Part shown: piece after piece, positions 1-8,927 of the stretch
Layout: the number at the start of each line of letters is the position of its first letter
How positions within the stretch are numbered: the first letter of the stretch is position 1
Source: Thermodesulfobacteriota bacterium
GTDB taxonomy: Bacteria > Desulfobacterota_D > UBA1144 > Nemesobacterales > UBA2774
Assembly: GCA_040880385.1 (NCBI GenBank)
Contig: JBBDIN010000047.1
Span: 1-41,726, forward strand
Reading direction: 5' to 3'
DNA length: 41,726 bases
Position numbers and translations under genes: made by a program
The notes under the pieces: model-generated
Seen by the model: only the letters and a program-made list of their open reading frames with translations
Told to the model about the DNA's origin: nothing
The model's database searches: none

Positions 1-204
1 AGACACACAAATCATCCGGGCGGAATCAAATCGATAACCGCGGGTGATCTTCTAAAAACTAAACCACAAGAAATAATTAAAAAAGCGGTTTGGGGAATGC
101 TGCCTAAAAACACATGGCAGCCAAAATTACTTAGCAGGTTAAAGGTTTACGCAGGGACTGAACACCCGCATGCACCCCAACAGCCTGAAACATTGGAGGT
201 TTAA
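1..204 (+). CDS. rplM: 50S ribosomal protein L13, C-terminal part (5' end outside window)
   Basis: Frame +1 from base 1 reads ...[61 protein letters not shown], then TAA at 202-204. This is a typical L13 C-terminus, and the rplM-rpsI order is canonical. Confidence 0.9.
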   Translation, partial: RHTNHPGGIKSITAGDLLKTKPQEIIKKAVWGMLPKNTWQPKLLSRLKVYAGTEHPHAPQQPETLEV

Positions 205-212
205 TTAATAAT

Positions 213-605
213 ATGGCTGAAGTTAACTACTACGGAACCGGAAGAAGAAAAACCTCGATAGCTCGAGTTTGGCTACGTCCGGGAGAAGGAAAAGTTTCTA
301 TAAACAATCGTGAAGCAGCGGAATATTTCCCAAGAGATTCATGGGTAATACATGCCTTAGAGACTCTCGACACAACCAATACAAAAGGAAAATTTAACGT
401 TTTAGTAACTGTACAAGGCGGCGGTCTTACCGGTCAAGCAGGAGCTGTCAGACACGGTCTCGCAAGAGCGTTATTGACAGTTGATGAATCCAATAGACCT
501 TCACTTAAAGCCGCAGGTCAGCTTAGAAGAGATCCCAGAATGGTTGAAAGAAAGAAATACGGACTCAAGAAAGCAAGAAAAGGCAAACAGTTCTCTAAGA
601 GGTAA
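213..605 (+). CDS. rpsI: 30S ribosomal protein S9
   Basis: 130-aa ORF with an ATG 8 nt after the rplM stop. It carries the [15 protein letters not shown]-terminus and the basic C-terminus [24 protein letters not shown] characteristic of S9. Confidence 0.97.
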   Translation: MAEVNYYGTGRRKTSIARVWLRPGEGKVSINNREAAEYFPRDSWVIHALETLDTTNTKGKFNVLVTVQGGGLTGQAGAVRHGLARALLTVDESNRPSLKAAGQLRRDPRMVERKKYGLKKARKGKQFSKR

Positions 606-613
606 TTCGCACA

Positions 614-1969
614 TTGGCTACTACCAGTAAGAAAAAAACAAAGACTCTAAAAAAGAGTAACAATATTGCCCCACCAAAAGGGAAGTTAGGAGTACTTCTT
701 CCCGGTATGGGAGGGGCTGTAAGCACCACATTTATTGCAGGTGTAGAGGCAATAAAGGCTGGTCTAGGTAAACCTATCGGCTCCCTTACACAATTGGGAA
801 CAATTAGAATTGGCAAGAGGACCGATAAGAACTCGCCTCTGATTAAGGATTTTATACCTCTAGCTAATATAGAAGATCTAGTATTTGCTGGATGGGACAT
901 TTTCCCCGACAATTGCTATGAGGCTGCTACAAAAGCAGGTGTACTGGACAAATCCCTTCTCAGTGATTTAAAAGGCACTCTTGAAGAAACAACGCCTATG
1001 ACGGCTGTGTTTAGCAGAAAATATGTAAAGAACTTAGACGGCAAGCATCTTAAAAAAGGCAAGACAAAAATGGATCTTGCTGAACAACTCATAGACGACA
1101 TAAAAACATTCAAGAAAGAAAGCGGCGTTGACCGTCTTGTTATGGTATGGTGCGGAAGCACAGAGGTGTTTATTCAAGCTTCAAAGGTTCACAGCACAAT
1201 TAAGTCATTTGAAGAGGGCATGAAGAATAATCACCCCGCTATAGCCCCGAGCATGATATACGCTTACGCGGCAATCAAGTGTGGAGTTCCTTATGCTAAC
1301 GGTGCCCCAAACTTGTCTGCTGATGTACCGGCACTAGACAAACTCGCAAAACAAAAGAAAGTTCCTATTTCCGGTAAAGATTTTAAGACCGGTCAAACAT
1401 TGATGAAAACAATATTAGCTCCCGGGCTTAAGAGCAGAATGATTGGGCTTAATGGCTGGTTCTCTACGAATATTTTGGGGAACAGAGACGGAGAGGTATT
1501 AGACGATCCCTATTCTTTTAAAACTAAAGAAGAAAGCAAGCTGAGTGTGCTTGAACACCTGTTTCAACCAGACCTTTATCCCGATCTGTATTCTAACTAC
1601 TATCACAAAGTCAGAATTAATTACTATCCTCCAAGGGGGGATGCTAAAGAAGCTTGGGACAATATAGATATATTCGGCTGGTTAAATTACCCAATGCAGA
1701 TTAAGATTAATTTCCTATGCAGAGATAGTATTCTTGCAGCCCCTATAGTGCTTGATTTAGTTATTTTTCTTGACTTGGCTAGTAGGGCGGGGTTACATGG
1801 AATACAGGAATGGCTCTCCTTCTACTTTAAGAGCCCTATGCACGCCGAAAACCTCTATCCCGAGCACGATGTATTCATCCAACTTATGAAGCTCAAAAAC
1901 ACGCTGCGTTATTTACAGGGTGAAGAGCTGATTACACACTTAGGTTTAGACTACTACGATTTCGCGTAG
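614..1969 (+). CDS. ino1: myo-inositol-1-phosphate synthase (bacterial/archaeal type)
   Basis: 451-aa ORF with a Rossmann-like N-terminus GVLLPGMGGAVSTTFIAGV and NGAPN, SGKDFKTGQTLMKT and NILGNRDGE blocks typical of MIPS. The start is a TTG at 614, 11 nt after AGAGG and only 8 nt after the rpsI stop, so the exact start is uncertain. Confidence 0.85.
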   Translation: MATTSKKKTKTLKKSNNIAPPKGKLGVLLPGMGGAVSTTFIAGVEAIKAGLGKPIGSLTQLGTIRIGKRTDKNSPLIKDFIPLANIEDLVFAGWDIFPDNCYEAATKAGVLDKSLLSDLKGTLEETTPMTAVFSRKYVKNLDGKHLKKGKTKMDLAEQLIDDIKTFKKESGVDRLVMVWCGSTEVFIQASKVHSTIKSFEEGMKNNHPAIAPSMIYAYAAIKCGVPYANGAPNLSADVPALDKLAKQKKVPISGKDFKTGQTLMKTILAPGLKSRMIGLNGWFSTNILGNRDGEVLDDPYSFKTKEESKLSVLEHLFQPDLYPDLYSNYYHKVRINYYPPRGDAKEAWDNIDIFGWLNYPMQIKINFLCRDSILAAPIVLDLVIFLDLASRAGLHGIQEWLSFYFKSPMHAENLYPEHDVFIQLMKLKNTLRYLQGEELITHLGLDYYDFA

Positions 1970-2056
1970 CATTCCAATTAACCATAACTAGAATTAGTAT
2001 GGAACTACCTTCTTAGGTGATAAATCTAGGGGTAAGCTATATAAATCCGGGTAGGA

Positions 2057-2947
2057 TTATGCCTGAGCGCTTATGGCAAGCCATTTACGTGTTATGTAAG
2101 GTTCACCGTTTTGGTCTCTCTCTCCATGAAGCTCTATTGAAGGACCCACAGAATCTCTCATTGCATTAACAGCATCATCGATTGGGTATCCTCTTAATGC
2201 TCCTGCAGCGTATTGCTGAAAAGCGCTAATGTATTCCCAAGCCTCTTTATGCATATCAACAGCAAATTCCTTTGCATCTACAAGCTTAAAACCCGCCTCT
2301 TCTACTAAGCTTTCGTAGTAAGAACGAGGTAAAAACTTTGCAGCTTCAGTTTTGGTGTCAGATTTAACTCTTTGCACGCCGTTATCACGTAAATACTTGA
2401 CGGCTGTTTTAACCTGTGTGCGGTAAAAAGGCAATGTTTCAGCAGGCCTGGCTTCTTCATAAAATGCGGTGTTAAAGAAAAGGAATCCACCTGGCTTTAA
2501 GGCTTTTCTAATTCTTTTAATACAGTCCAATTGATCTGCTGCAGATAGGTAATGAATCCCGTTCCCCCAAACTGCAATATCCACACTGTGATCAGGGATT
2601 GTCATATCTTGAATTGAAGAATGCACCATCTTTAATGTTTCTACAGTTTGTTCTAATTTAGATTGTGCAAGCTTTAAGGCTCCGGAAGATTGATCAAGAC
2701 ACAAAACAGCAGCCTTCTTCCATGATTGAGGAAAATTATCAAATACGAGCTGCACCATTGTTCCAGCGCCGGTTGCGACATCCAAGACGCCTTCAAGCCC
2801 ATTAATACCTTTTTGCTTCATTATTTCGACCCAGCTAGTGATACATTCACTGTTTACTTGCTTATATTCTTCAGTATCGGCAAATGGTTCGTAGTTGTAA
2901 TCTTCATCTTCAATATATTTTTCTTTCATTTTTTGCATTTCCTGCAT
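2057..2947 (-). CDS. class I SAM-dependent methyltransferase, substrate unknown
   Basis: 296-aa ORF with SAM motif I VLDVATGAGTM and post-I/II blocks LCLDQS and LKPGGFLFF. A GGAGG RBS (2954-2958) sits 6 nt upstream of the ATG. Confidence 0.8.
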   Translation of the reverse strand: MQEMQKMKEKYIEDEDYNYEPFADTEEYKQVNSECITSWVEIMKQKGINGLEGVLDVATGAGTMVQLVFDNFPQSWKKAAVLCLDQSSGALKLAQSKLEQTVETLKMVHSSIQDMTIPDHSVDIAVWGNGIHYLSAADQLDCIKRIRKALKPGGFLFFNTAFYEEARPAETLPFYRTQVKTAVKYLRDNGVQRVKSDTKTEAAKFLPRSYYESLVEEAGFKLVDAKEFAVDMHKEAWEYISAFQQYAAGALRGYPIDDAVNAMRDSVGPSIELHGERDQNGEPYITRKWLAISAQA

Positions 2948-3027
2948 TTAATACCTCCGCTTTATTCCCCTACCCTCGCTTTATAACCCTACCCTATAAA
3001 TTCCGAGACGGGGGCTGTGAGAAGCAA

Positions 3028-3036
3028 ATTATAACA
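3028..3036 (-). promoter_or_regulatory. candidate extended -10 promoter (TGTTATAAT) for the methyltransferase gene
   Basis: The minus strand reads TGtTATAAT about 80 nt upstream of the ATG at 2947. No good -35 is present, which is consistent with an extended -10 promoter. Confidence 0.3.
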
Positions 3037-3080
3037 TGACATTGGGTAAAAATAAATATTTAACAACATTACCATGATAT

Positions 3081-3722
3081 TCACACACCCCTTTTATCTC
3101 CCCAGATAATTTTATGAAGTTGGGGTAAAACTCTTATAAATTCTAATTTATCATCAATAACTTTTTTAGTGATCCAACCCAATTCAGATCCGTGAGTAGG
3201 CTGAAAGATAATATTAGCTTTGATATTATATTTTCTTAATATTCCTCTGGCATATTGATAGTCAATCTCATCTTGTATCACAAATTTAAGCTGATCCTTA
3301 GCTCTAAGTTTTACAAAGAGATCAAAATCCATTCTGTCTTGCATTGAGGAGCTTGGACATTTGCAATCCATGCTTATAGTACTATTTTCAGTCCAAAGAA
3401 TTGGCGGCGGCATTTTATGACCGCTAGTTTCAAGAAGGATTGTATAGCTATTACCAAGTAGGCGATCAGCAAGCTCTTCAACCTCTTTAATCTGTATAAG
3501 GGGCTCCCCCCCCGTAATACAGACTCTCCTGCATTCATATTTCTCAACTTCATTTACGACTTCAGAAACTGACTGATCTCTAAAATCTCGCCCTTCAACT
3601 GCGTACATCGTATCACACCAATTACATCTCAAATCACATGCAAATAACCGTATAAATACGGTAGGGAGACCTATTTCAAGACCCTCACCTTGGAGTGAAA
3701 AAAATATTTCGCTTATCTTCAT
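3081..3722 (-). CDS. queE: 7-carboxy-7-deazaguanine synthase (radical SAM)
   Basis: 213-aa ORF with the N-terminal EIFFSLQGEG block and a CDLRCNWCDT CxxxCxxC cluster. It overlaps queC by 4 nt (ATGA). Confidence 0.9.
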   Translation of the reverse strand: MKISEIFFSLQGEGLEIGLPTVFIRLFACDLRCNWCDTMYAVEGRDFRDQSVSEVVNEVEKYECRRVCITGGEPLIQIKEVEELADRLLGNSYTILLETSGHKMPPPILWTENSTISMDCKCPSSSMQDRMDFDLFVKLRAKDQLKFVIQDEIDYQYARGILRKYNIKANIIFQPTHGSELGWITKKVIDDKLEFIRVLPQLHKIIWGDKRGV

Positions 3723-4393
3723 TGTTCATACTCAGTTGGATCCGGCACGCCTGATTGGGTAAAAGCTCTTTTCCTCTCTCTGCACGAACTGCATACCCCA
3801 CAGTGCTTTTCACCACCCTTATAACATGTCCAGGTCTCTTTAAAAGGTACCCCAAGCTCTGCTCCAAGTTTTACTATTTCAGATTTGTCTATATCTACAA
3901 ACGGGGCATCGATTACTAAGTCCGGATTATCATTAGCCAGTCTTTCAGAATACTGAAATGCTTCTACAAACTCTTTTCTGCAATCAGGATAAACGCCTCT
4001 ATCAGAAAAGTGCGCTCCAAAGTAAACATGGTTAGCCTCAATACTGACTGCGTACCCTATGGCAATAGATAGGAAGATAGCGTTCCGGTTGGGAACTATT
4101 GTCGATTTAAGAGTTTCATAATGATCTGCGGTTTCAGGCACGTTTGGGACCTCTACATTTGCGTCTGTAAGAGCTGAGCCTGAAAGAAGACCTTTCATTG
4201 CAGAAAGGTCAACTACCCTATGATCAACTCCTAAGCCTCGAGCAATAACTTTGGCGTATTCAATTTCCTGTAAATGTTTCTGTCCGTAAATAAACGTAAG
4301 CACATAAACTTCAAACCCTTCTTTAACCATTTTATAAAGAAGAGTGGAGCTATCTATCCCGCCTGAGGCGATAATTACTGCCTTAGTTTTCAT
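3719..4393 (-). CDS. queC: 7-cyano-7-deazaguanine synthase
   Basis: 224-aa ORF with the PP-loop IASGGIDSST and the C-terminal zinc motif CYKGGEKHCGVCSSCRERKRAF. Confidence 0.93.
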   Translation of the reverse strand: MKTKAVIIASGGIDSSTLLYKMVKEGFEVYVLTFIYGQKHLQEIEYAKVIARGLGVDHRVVDLSAMKGLLSGSALTDANVEVPNVPETADHYETLKSTIVPNRNAIFLSIAIGYAVSIEANHVYFGAHFSDRGVYPDCRKEFVEAFQYSERLANDNPDLVIDAPFVDIDKSEIVKLGAELGVPFKETWTCYKGGEKHCGVCSSCRERKRAFTQSGVPDPTEYEQ

Positions 4394-4459
4394 GACGTTA
4401 ATAATATATGTGGAAAATCATATGGACAAGGGATGTGGGTAGGGATATGAGGAATTGAC

Positions 4460-6676
4460 TTAGTGAACTTTCTTTGAGAAAGTCTCTGTATTCTTTGAGA
4501 CAACATCATAGAAGTCCCCCAACTTGCTTTCAAGCTCATCTACATGGCTTACCACTTCTTGAATCTGATTGTCTAAATCCTCAGCTTCAAGGTCTATATC
4601 CTCACACTTTTTCCATTCAATAATATGTCCTTTGATATGACTAAATGCAGCCTGCATCGATTTCATATCTTCGGATATTTGAGATACAGTTACAGCCAGT
4701 TCTTTTTTCTCTTTTTCTCTTTTTATATACCCTAACCAGAATGCTGCGAAGGCAAAAGCTAAAACCAAAATTGCCTGTGGAACTGAAGTTTCTAGTGTAG
4801 GATAAAATCCTATGGCGTCTATGTAGGGCAGGTAATCCACTGGGGTCACACTAACCGCTCCAGCCGCTTGAAGCTCTTTTATCCCCTTGCCTAACAATAT
4901 GAAAGCAAGAAGATAAAGGAAGATACTTGTAAACGTAAAGAAGTATTTTATTGGTATTCTCAGAGCCATTTTGAAAATTACAAAAAAGAGCACAACTAGC
5001 ACCGCACCGCCAGCAATTATTCCCCATATAACTGCTGATTGTGAGTTCTCTGCTTGATACCATAGGGCTTGATAAAAGAGTACGGTTTCAAAAGCTTCTC
5101 TATACACGGCGAAAAACGACACACTTACAAGTGCAATTACACTGTTCCTAGAAACAGCGCTTTCGACCTTGCCTTGAATGTATTGCTTCCACTTTTTAAC
5201 TTCTATTTTTGTAATAAGCCAGTAGCTCACGTAGAACAGCACCGCTGCAGCTGTTAGCGCTGTAATCCCTTCTATTATTTCACGCTGTGCACCGCTGATA
5301 GAGATTACAGTTTTAGCAAGAAACCATGTCAAAAGCCCAGCTCCTAAAGCTGCGATCCAACCGTAATGTATATACTTAATGGATTTTTTAGACCCTGTAG
5401 CGCTTAAGAAAGCAATAATTGCGGCGATTATCAATATTGCTTCAAGACCTTCTCTGACCATTATCGCAAAGGAATTCAAAAAAGAAAGGTACTTACCTGA
5501 GGATTCACTTTCCAAAATAACCGATGCTGAGTTCAAGTTGTCTTGAAGCTTTATATGCAAATTTTCAATTTCTTTTACAGATCTCCCTGATTTAATTGCA
5601 TTCCTGTAATCCGAGAAATTAGCTTCTACTTCTGTTTTAAACTTCCTATCTTTAACAAATAAATCAGGCTCAACTTGCTCAAATCCTAATATATATGCGT
5701 CAAGGGTCTTTTCGTAAGACTCTTTTTTATTACCTGCTTTATATAGTTTTAAGGAATCATTGAGCAATGCGCTCGTCATAGCTATTGCAGAGCCCACAGA
5801 GCCAGTACTGCTATCAAACATTGTTTTGCGCAGGTAGGAGATAACGAATTCATTATCCTCTTCACTTACATTTGAATTTATTTTATCTAATATTTGGTTA
5901 TTGGAGAGTACGGCAAGGTTTTTATAATCCTTTATTTCATTTGTGAGAGTTGCCGCTATTTCTTTTCCAGAATCACTATTCTTATTTGTAGCTCCTAGCG
6001 ACATAACATAAAACGCTACATCCCATTTCTTATCATCTGTAATCTGAGGAAATGCAGGCATTGCTGTGCCTTTAATTCCAAAGCTCATTGTGTTGTGAAC
6101 TTTAAATGGTGAGAGGCCAGAGTAGAAATTAGGATCGATTAAAACAGTAGGGGGTGGATTTAAGCCTTGCGCTAGAGAACCATCTCCCGCACCACTCATG
6201 CCATGACACTGTGAGCAGTTATTAGCATATAACTCTTGTCCTGCTTCTAAAGAAGGTTTTTTCTCCGGATAAGAAACGATACCGTAAGAACTAATAATTT
6301 TTTCTTTTATCTTATTTGAGACACCTTCGACATCTTGTACAGAGGCTTTGGAAACGATCAGATTAGACAGCTCATAGATCTCAGATTCAATATTAGCCTT
6401 ATCTCCTTCTGATGATTTCAGGGTTTCAAAAAGCTCTTTAGTTTCGGTGGAGAACTCAAGCATTTCATTATATTCACCATCATTGATGACTTCACCATTT
6501 TTGACAGCATTTTGATAATCACCGCCTATATAATCGACTAAAGATAGTATTCTCTTCTCATTAGATGAAGCGAAGGAGCTTATAGTGATCAGCAAAAAGA
6601 GGGAAAGACTTACTAAAGCAATGCTAGAGATTTTGATTATCTTATTGATAAAAATATGCCTAATGCCTCCGTGCAC
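4460..6676 (-). CDS. cytochrome c / FTR1-family high-affinity iron permease fusion protein
   Basis: 738-aa ORF with a GTG start. It has an N-terminal hydrophobic anchor, a haem-c site CSQCHG with a downstream TAMPAF Met ligand, then a polytopic region with both FTR1 REXXE motifs (VREGLEAIL and YREAFETVL), then an acidic coiled-coil-like C-terminal tail. Confidence 0.8.
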   Translation of the reverse strand: MHGGIRHIFINKIIKISSIALVSLSLFLLITISSFASSNEKRILSLVDYIGGDYQNAVKNGEVINDGEYNEMLEFSTETKELFETLKSSEGDKANIESEIYELSNLIVSKASVQDVEGVSNKIKEKIISSYGIVSYPEKKPSLEAGQELYANNCSQCHGMSGAGDGSLAQGLNPPPTVLIDPNFYSGLSPFKVHNTMSFGIKGTAMPAFPQITDDKKWDVAFYVMSLGATNKNSDSGKEIAATLTNEIKDYKNLAVLSNNQILDKINSNVSEEDNEFVISYLRKTMFDSSTGSVGSAIAMTSALLNDSLKLYKAGNKKESYEKTLDAYILGFEQVEPDLFVKDRKFKTEVEANFSDYRNAIKSGRSVKEIENLHIKLQDNLNSASVILESESSGKYLSFLNSFAIMVREGLEAILIIAAIIAFLSATGSKKSIKYIHYGWIAALGAGLLTWFLAKTVISISGAQREIIEGITALTAAAVLFYVSYWLITKIEVKKWKQYIQGKVESAVSRNSVIALVSVSFFAVYREAFETVLFYQALWYQAENSQSAVIWGIIAGGAVLVVLFFVIFKMALRIPIKYFFTFTSIFLYLLAFILLGKGIKELQAAGAVSVTPVDYLPYIDAIGFYPTLETSVPQAILVLAFAFAAFWLGYIKREKEKKELAVTVSQISEDMKSMQAAFSHIKGHIIEWKKCEDIDLEAEDLDNQIQEVVSHVDELESKLGDFYDVVSKNTETFSKKVH

Positions 6677-6730
6677 AGTTGCATTAAAATATTAAAGAAT
6701 GTTTCTTTGATAACGACTTCAAGCGATATT

Positions 6731-6749
6731 GAAAATAATTATCAATTAG
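6731..6749. promoter_or_regulatory. Fur-box-like AT-rich operator candidate
   Basis: GAAAATAATTATCAATTAG matches 12 of 19 positions of the classical GATAATGATAATCATTATC consensus. GATAAC and GATATT hexamers lie just upstream (6712-6729). The site is 55-73 nt upstream of the iron permease start. Confidence 0.4.
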
Positions 6750-6874
6750 GGTTTTCAGATTACCATACGACCCTTTAGTGTCAAGCAATTTTATTGCAAT
6801 ACTATCTATTTAAATTATTATAATTAGGCTATTTATCTGATATACAAAATTCTTTTTAGTAATAGTGTATTCAT

Positions 6875-8911
6875 ATGAGCCGGAAGCCTGATCATAAACA
6901 AAAACTATTTAATGAGTTCCCCCCTGTATCCGAGAAAGAATGGAAAGAACAGGTAGTCAAGGATTTAAGGGGTAGGGAATTTGAAAAACTTATATGGAAA
7001 ACATATGAAGATGTAGATGTAAGCCCCTTTTATACTAAAGAGGATCTAGAACCTTTAGAATATCAATTAAAATCAGCGCCTGGTGAATTTCCTTTTGTCA
7101 GAGGCGCTAATTCTACTAATAACGACTGGAAGATTAATCAAGAAATAACCCAGGCTGATATAGGCCTTGCTAATAAGCTGGCAATTAGCAGCTTAAACTC
7201 CGGAGCAGACTCTTTGACGCTCAATTGTGCAACAAGCAATGAAAAGCACAGGGGTATTCCTATTGAAAACAAGGACGACATGACTCGTTTACTTGAGGGG
7301 ATAGATATAGAAAATGCTGAGATCAATTTAAAATGTGGGAACAGCACCTTAGGAATTCTCTCCCTTTATATAAACGAGGCAAAAAAAAGAGGCGTAAGTC
7401 TAGAGAAATTATCTGGCTCAGTCGACTGTGACCCATTAAAAGATTTAAGTTTAAACGGCTTATTCTCAATAGGAGAAGAAAACTCTTTTAATGAATTAAG
7501 AGAGCTAATTTCATACTTGACTGAGTTCATGCCCGATTTTAAGGGGCTAACGGTAAATAGTTCCCAGTTTCATGACTCAGGAGCATCCATTACACAGGAG
7601 CTAGCCTTCACATTGTCTGCCGGGGTGGAATATCTGCATCGACTAACCGAGATGGGGCTTAGTGTTGATGACATTACTAGGCACATGTCGTTTTCATTTT
7701 CTGTAGGATCAAATTACTTTATGGAAATTGCCAAGCTCAGGACGGCAAGGCTGCTATGGGCACAGATAATCGAGCAGTACACACCAAAAGATGAGTCTTC
7801 TAAACTTATGACTATAGAAGTTAAGAGCTCATCGTGGAATAAAACACAGTACGATCCTTATGTAAATTTGTTAAGAGGCACACTCGAAACTATGGCCGGG
7901 GCTTTGGGCGGAGCAGGGGCTATTACGGTTAGGACGTTTGATTCAGAATATCAAACCCCCAATGAGTTCTCCTTGAGAATGTCTAGAAACACTCAGCTTG
8001 TTTTAAAGAATGAGTCTTATTTGGAACGAGTAGCTGACCCTTCCGCAGGCTCTTATTATATTGAGAACTTAACAAATTCGATAGCCCAAGAGTCATGGAA
8101 GCTGTTTCAAGAAATAGAGGCCAATGGAGGATTTGTCGAATCACTTAAATCCGGCGCCATTCAAAACGCAATTGAACAAACTAGAAAATCCCGAGACATA
8201 AACATAGCAACGAGAAAAGACACTGTTCTTGGAGTTAATCAATATCCTGATTCAACTGAAAACATTTTATCCAATATACAAGATCAACACCCGGGAATTA
8301 ATATTAAACGCTCTGGGAACAAGATCAGTACTGAAGACAAACTATCAATCAAATTATTAACTGAATATCTCTCTGGTGATGATACTAGTATCGGTGACGT
8401 TTTATTGCAAAACTCTGACAAGCCGAATTTTCAACTCACTGTGTTAAAGCCTTATAGAGGTGCTCATGCGTTTGAAGATTTACGCTTGGCTACGGAACGA
8501 AATTTCGCCAAAACGGGATATAAACCCAAGGTCTTCTTGCTAACTATTGGAAACCCTTCCATGAGAAGTGCAAGAGCATCATTTTCTAGCAACTTTTTTG
8601 GATGTGCCGGTTTCGAGATACTTAACAATATCGGATTTGATACGCCTAAAGATGGAGTTGCAGCTGCTCTTGATAACAAAGCGGATATAGTAGTAATCTG
8701 CAGCTCAGATGATGAATATCCAAACTTTGCACCAAAGATAATTAATGGACTCAAAGAAAAGAATTCGGATATAAAGATAATTATTGCAGGCAATCCAAAA
8801 GAGCATATAGAGAAACTGGAACAGGCTGGAGCATATGATTTTATTCATGCTCACTCTAACGCTCTTGAGATGTTAAAGAAATATCAAAAGATTTTAGGAA
8901 TCGGAGTTTAA
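6875..8911 (+). CDS. mutA: methylmalonyl-CoA mutase small (beta) subunit
   Basis: 678-aa ORF with an MCM-family TIM-barrel region (FMEIAKLRTARLLWAQI, SAGSYYIENLT). The C-terminal flavodoxin-like domain lacks the DxHxxG cobalamin motif (GNPSMRSARASF instead). It lies directly upstream of the large subunit. Confidence 0.8.
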   Translation: MSRKPDHKQKLFNEFPPVSEKEWKEQVVKDLRGREFEKLIWKTYEDVDVSPFYTKEDLEPLEYQLKSAPGEFPFVRGANSTNNDWKINQEITQADIGLANKLAISSLNSGADSLTLNCATSNEKHRGIPIENKDDMTRLLEGIDIENAEINLKCGNSTLGILSLYINEAKKRGVSLEKLSGSVDCDPLKDLSLNGLFSIGEENSFNELRELISYLTEFMPDFKGLTVNSSQFHDSGASITQELAFTLSAGVEYLHRLTEMGLSVDDITRHMSFSFSVGSNYFMEIAKLRTARLLWAQIIEQYTPKDESSKLMTIEVKSSSWNKTQYDPYVNLLRGTLETMAGALGGAGAITVRTFDSEYQTPNEFSLRMSRNTQLVLKNESYLERVADPSAGSYYIENLTNSIAQESWKLFQEIEANGGFVESLKSGAIQNAIEQTRKSRDINIATRKDTVLGVNQYPDSTENILSNIQDQHPGINIKRSGNKISTEDKLSIKLLTEYLSGDDTSIGDVLLQNSDKPNFQLTVLKPYRGAHAFEDLRLATERNFAKTGYKPKVFLLTIGNPSMRSARASFSSNFFGCAGFEILNNIGFDTPKDGVAAALDNKADIVVICSSDDEYPNFAPKIINGLKEKNSDIKIIIAGNPKEHIEKLEQAGAYDFIHAHSNALEMLKKYQKILGIGV

Positions 8912-8927
8912 GGAAAGGTAAGAGAAT

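Noticed and set aside
3003-3014. 12-mer CCGAGACGGGGG shared between the methyltransferase leader (3003-3014) and the panB leader (20337-20348)
   Set aside because: It looked striking because it is GC-rich and both copies are in leaders. However, dozens of exact 12-mer pairs are expected by chance in 42 kb. The flanks share nothing, and the motif is in opposite orientation relative to the two downstream genes. This is not enough to call a shared element.
4394-4459. Expected preQ1 riboswitch upstream of queC
   Set aside because: The 66-nt region (minus strand) shows no recognisable preQ1-I/II-like hairpin with an A-rich tail by eye. It cannot be excluded without a covariance-model search.
6677-6874. 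Possible cobalamin riboswitch upstream of mutA-mutB-meaB
   Set aside because: The region is very AT-rich with no B12-box-like GCCACTG element or multi-stem GC-rich core. A simple promoter (TTGCAA ... TATTAT/TATAAT) is more likely.
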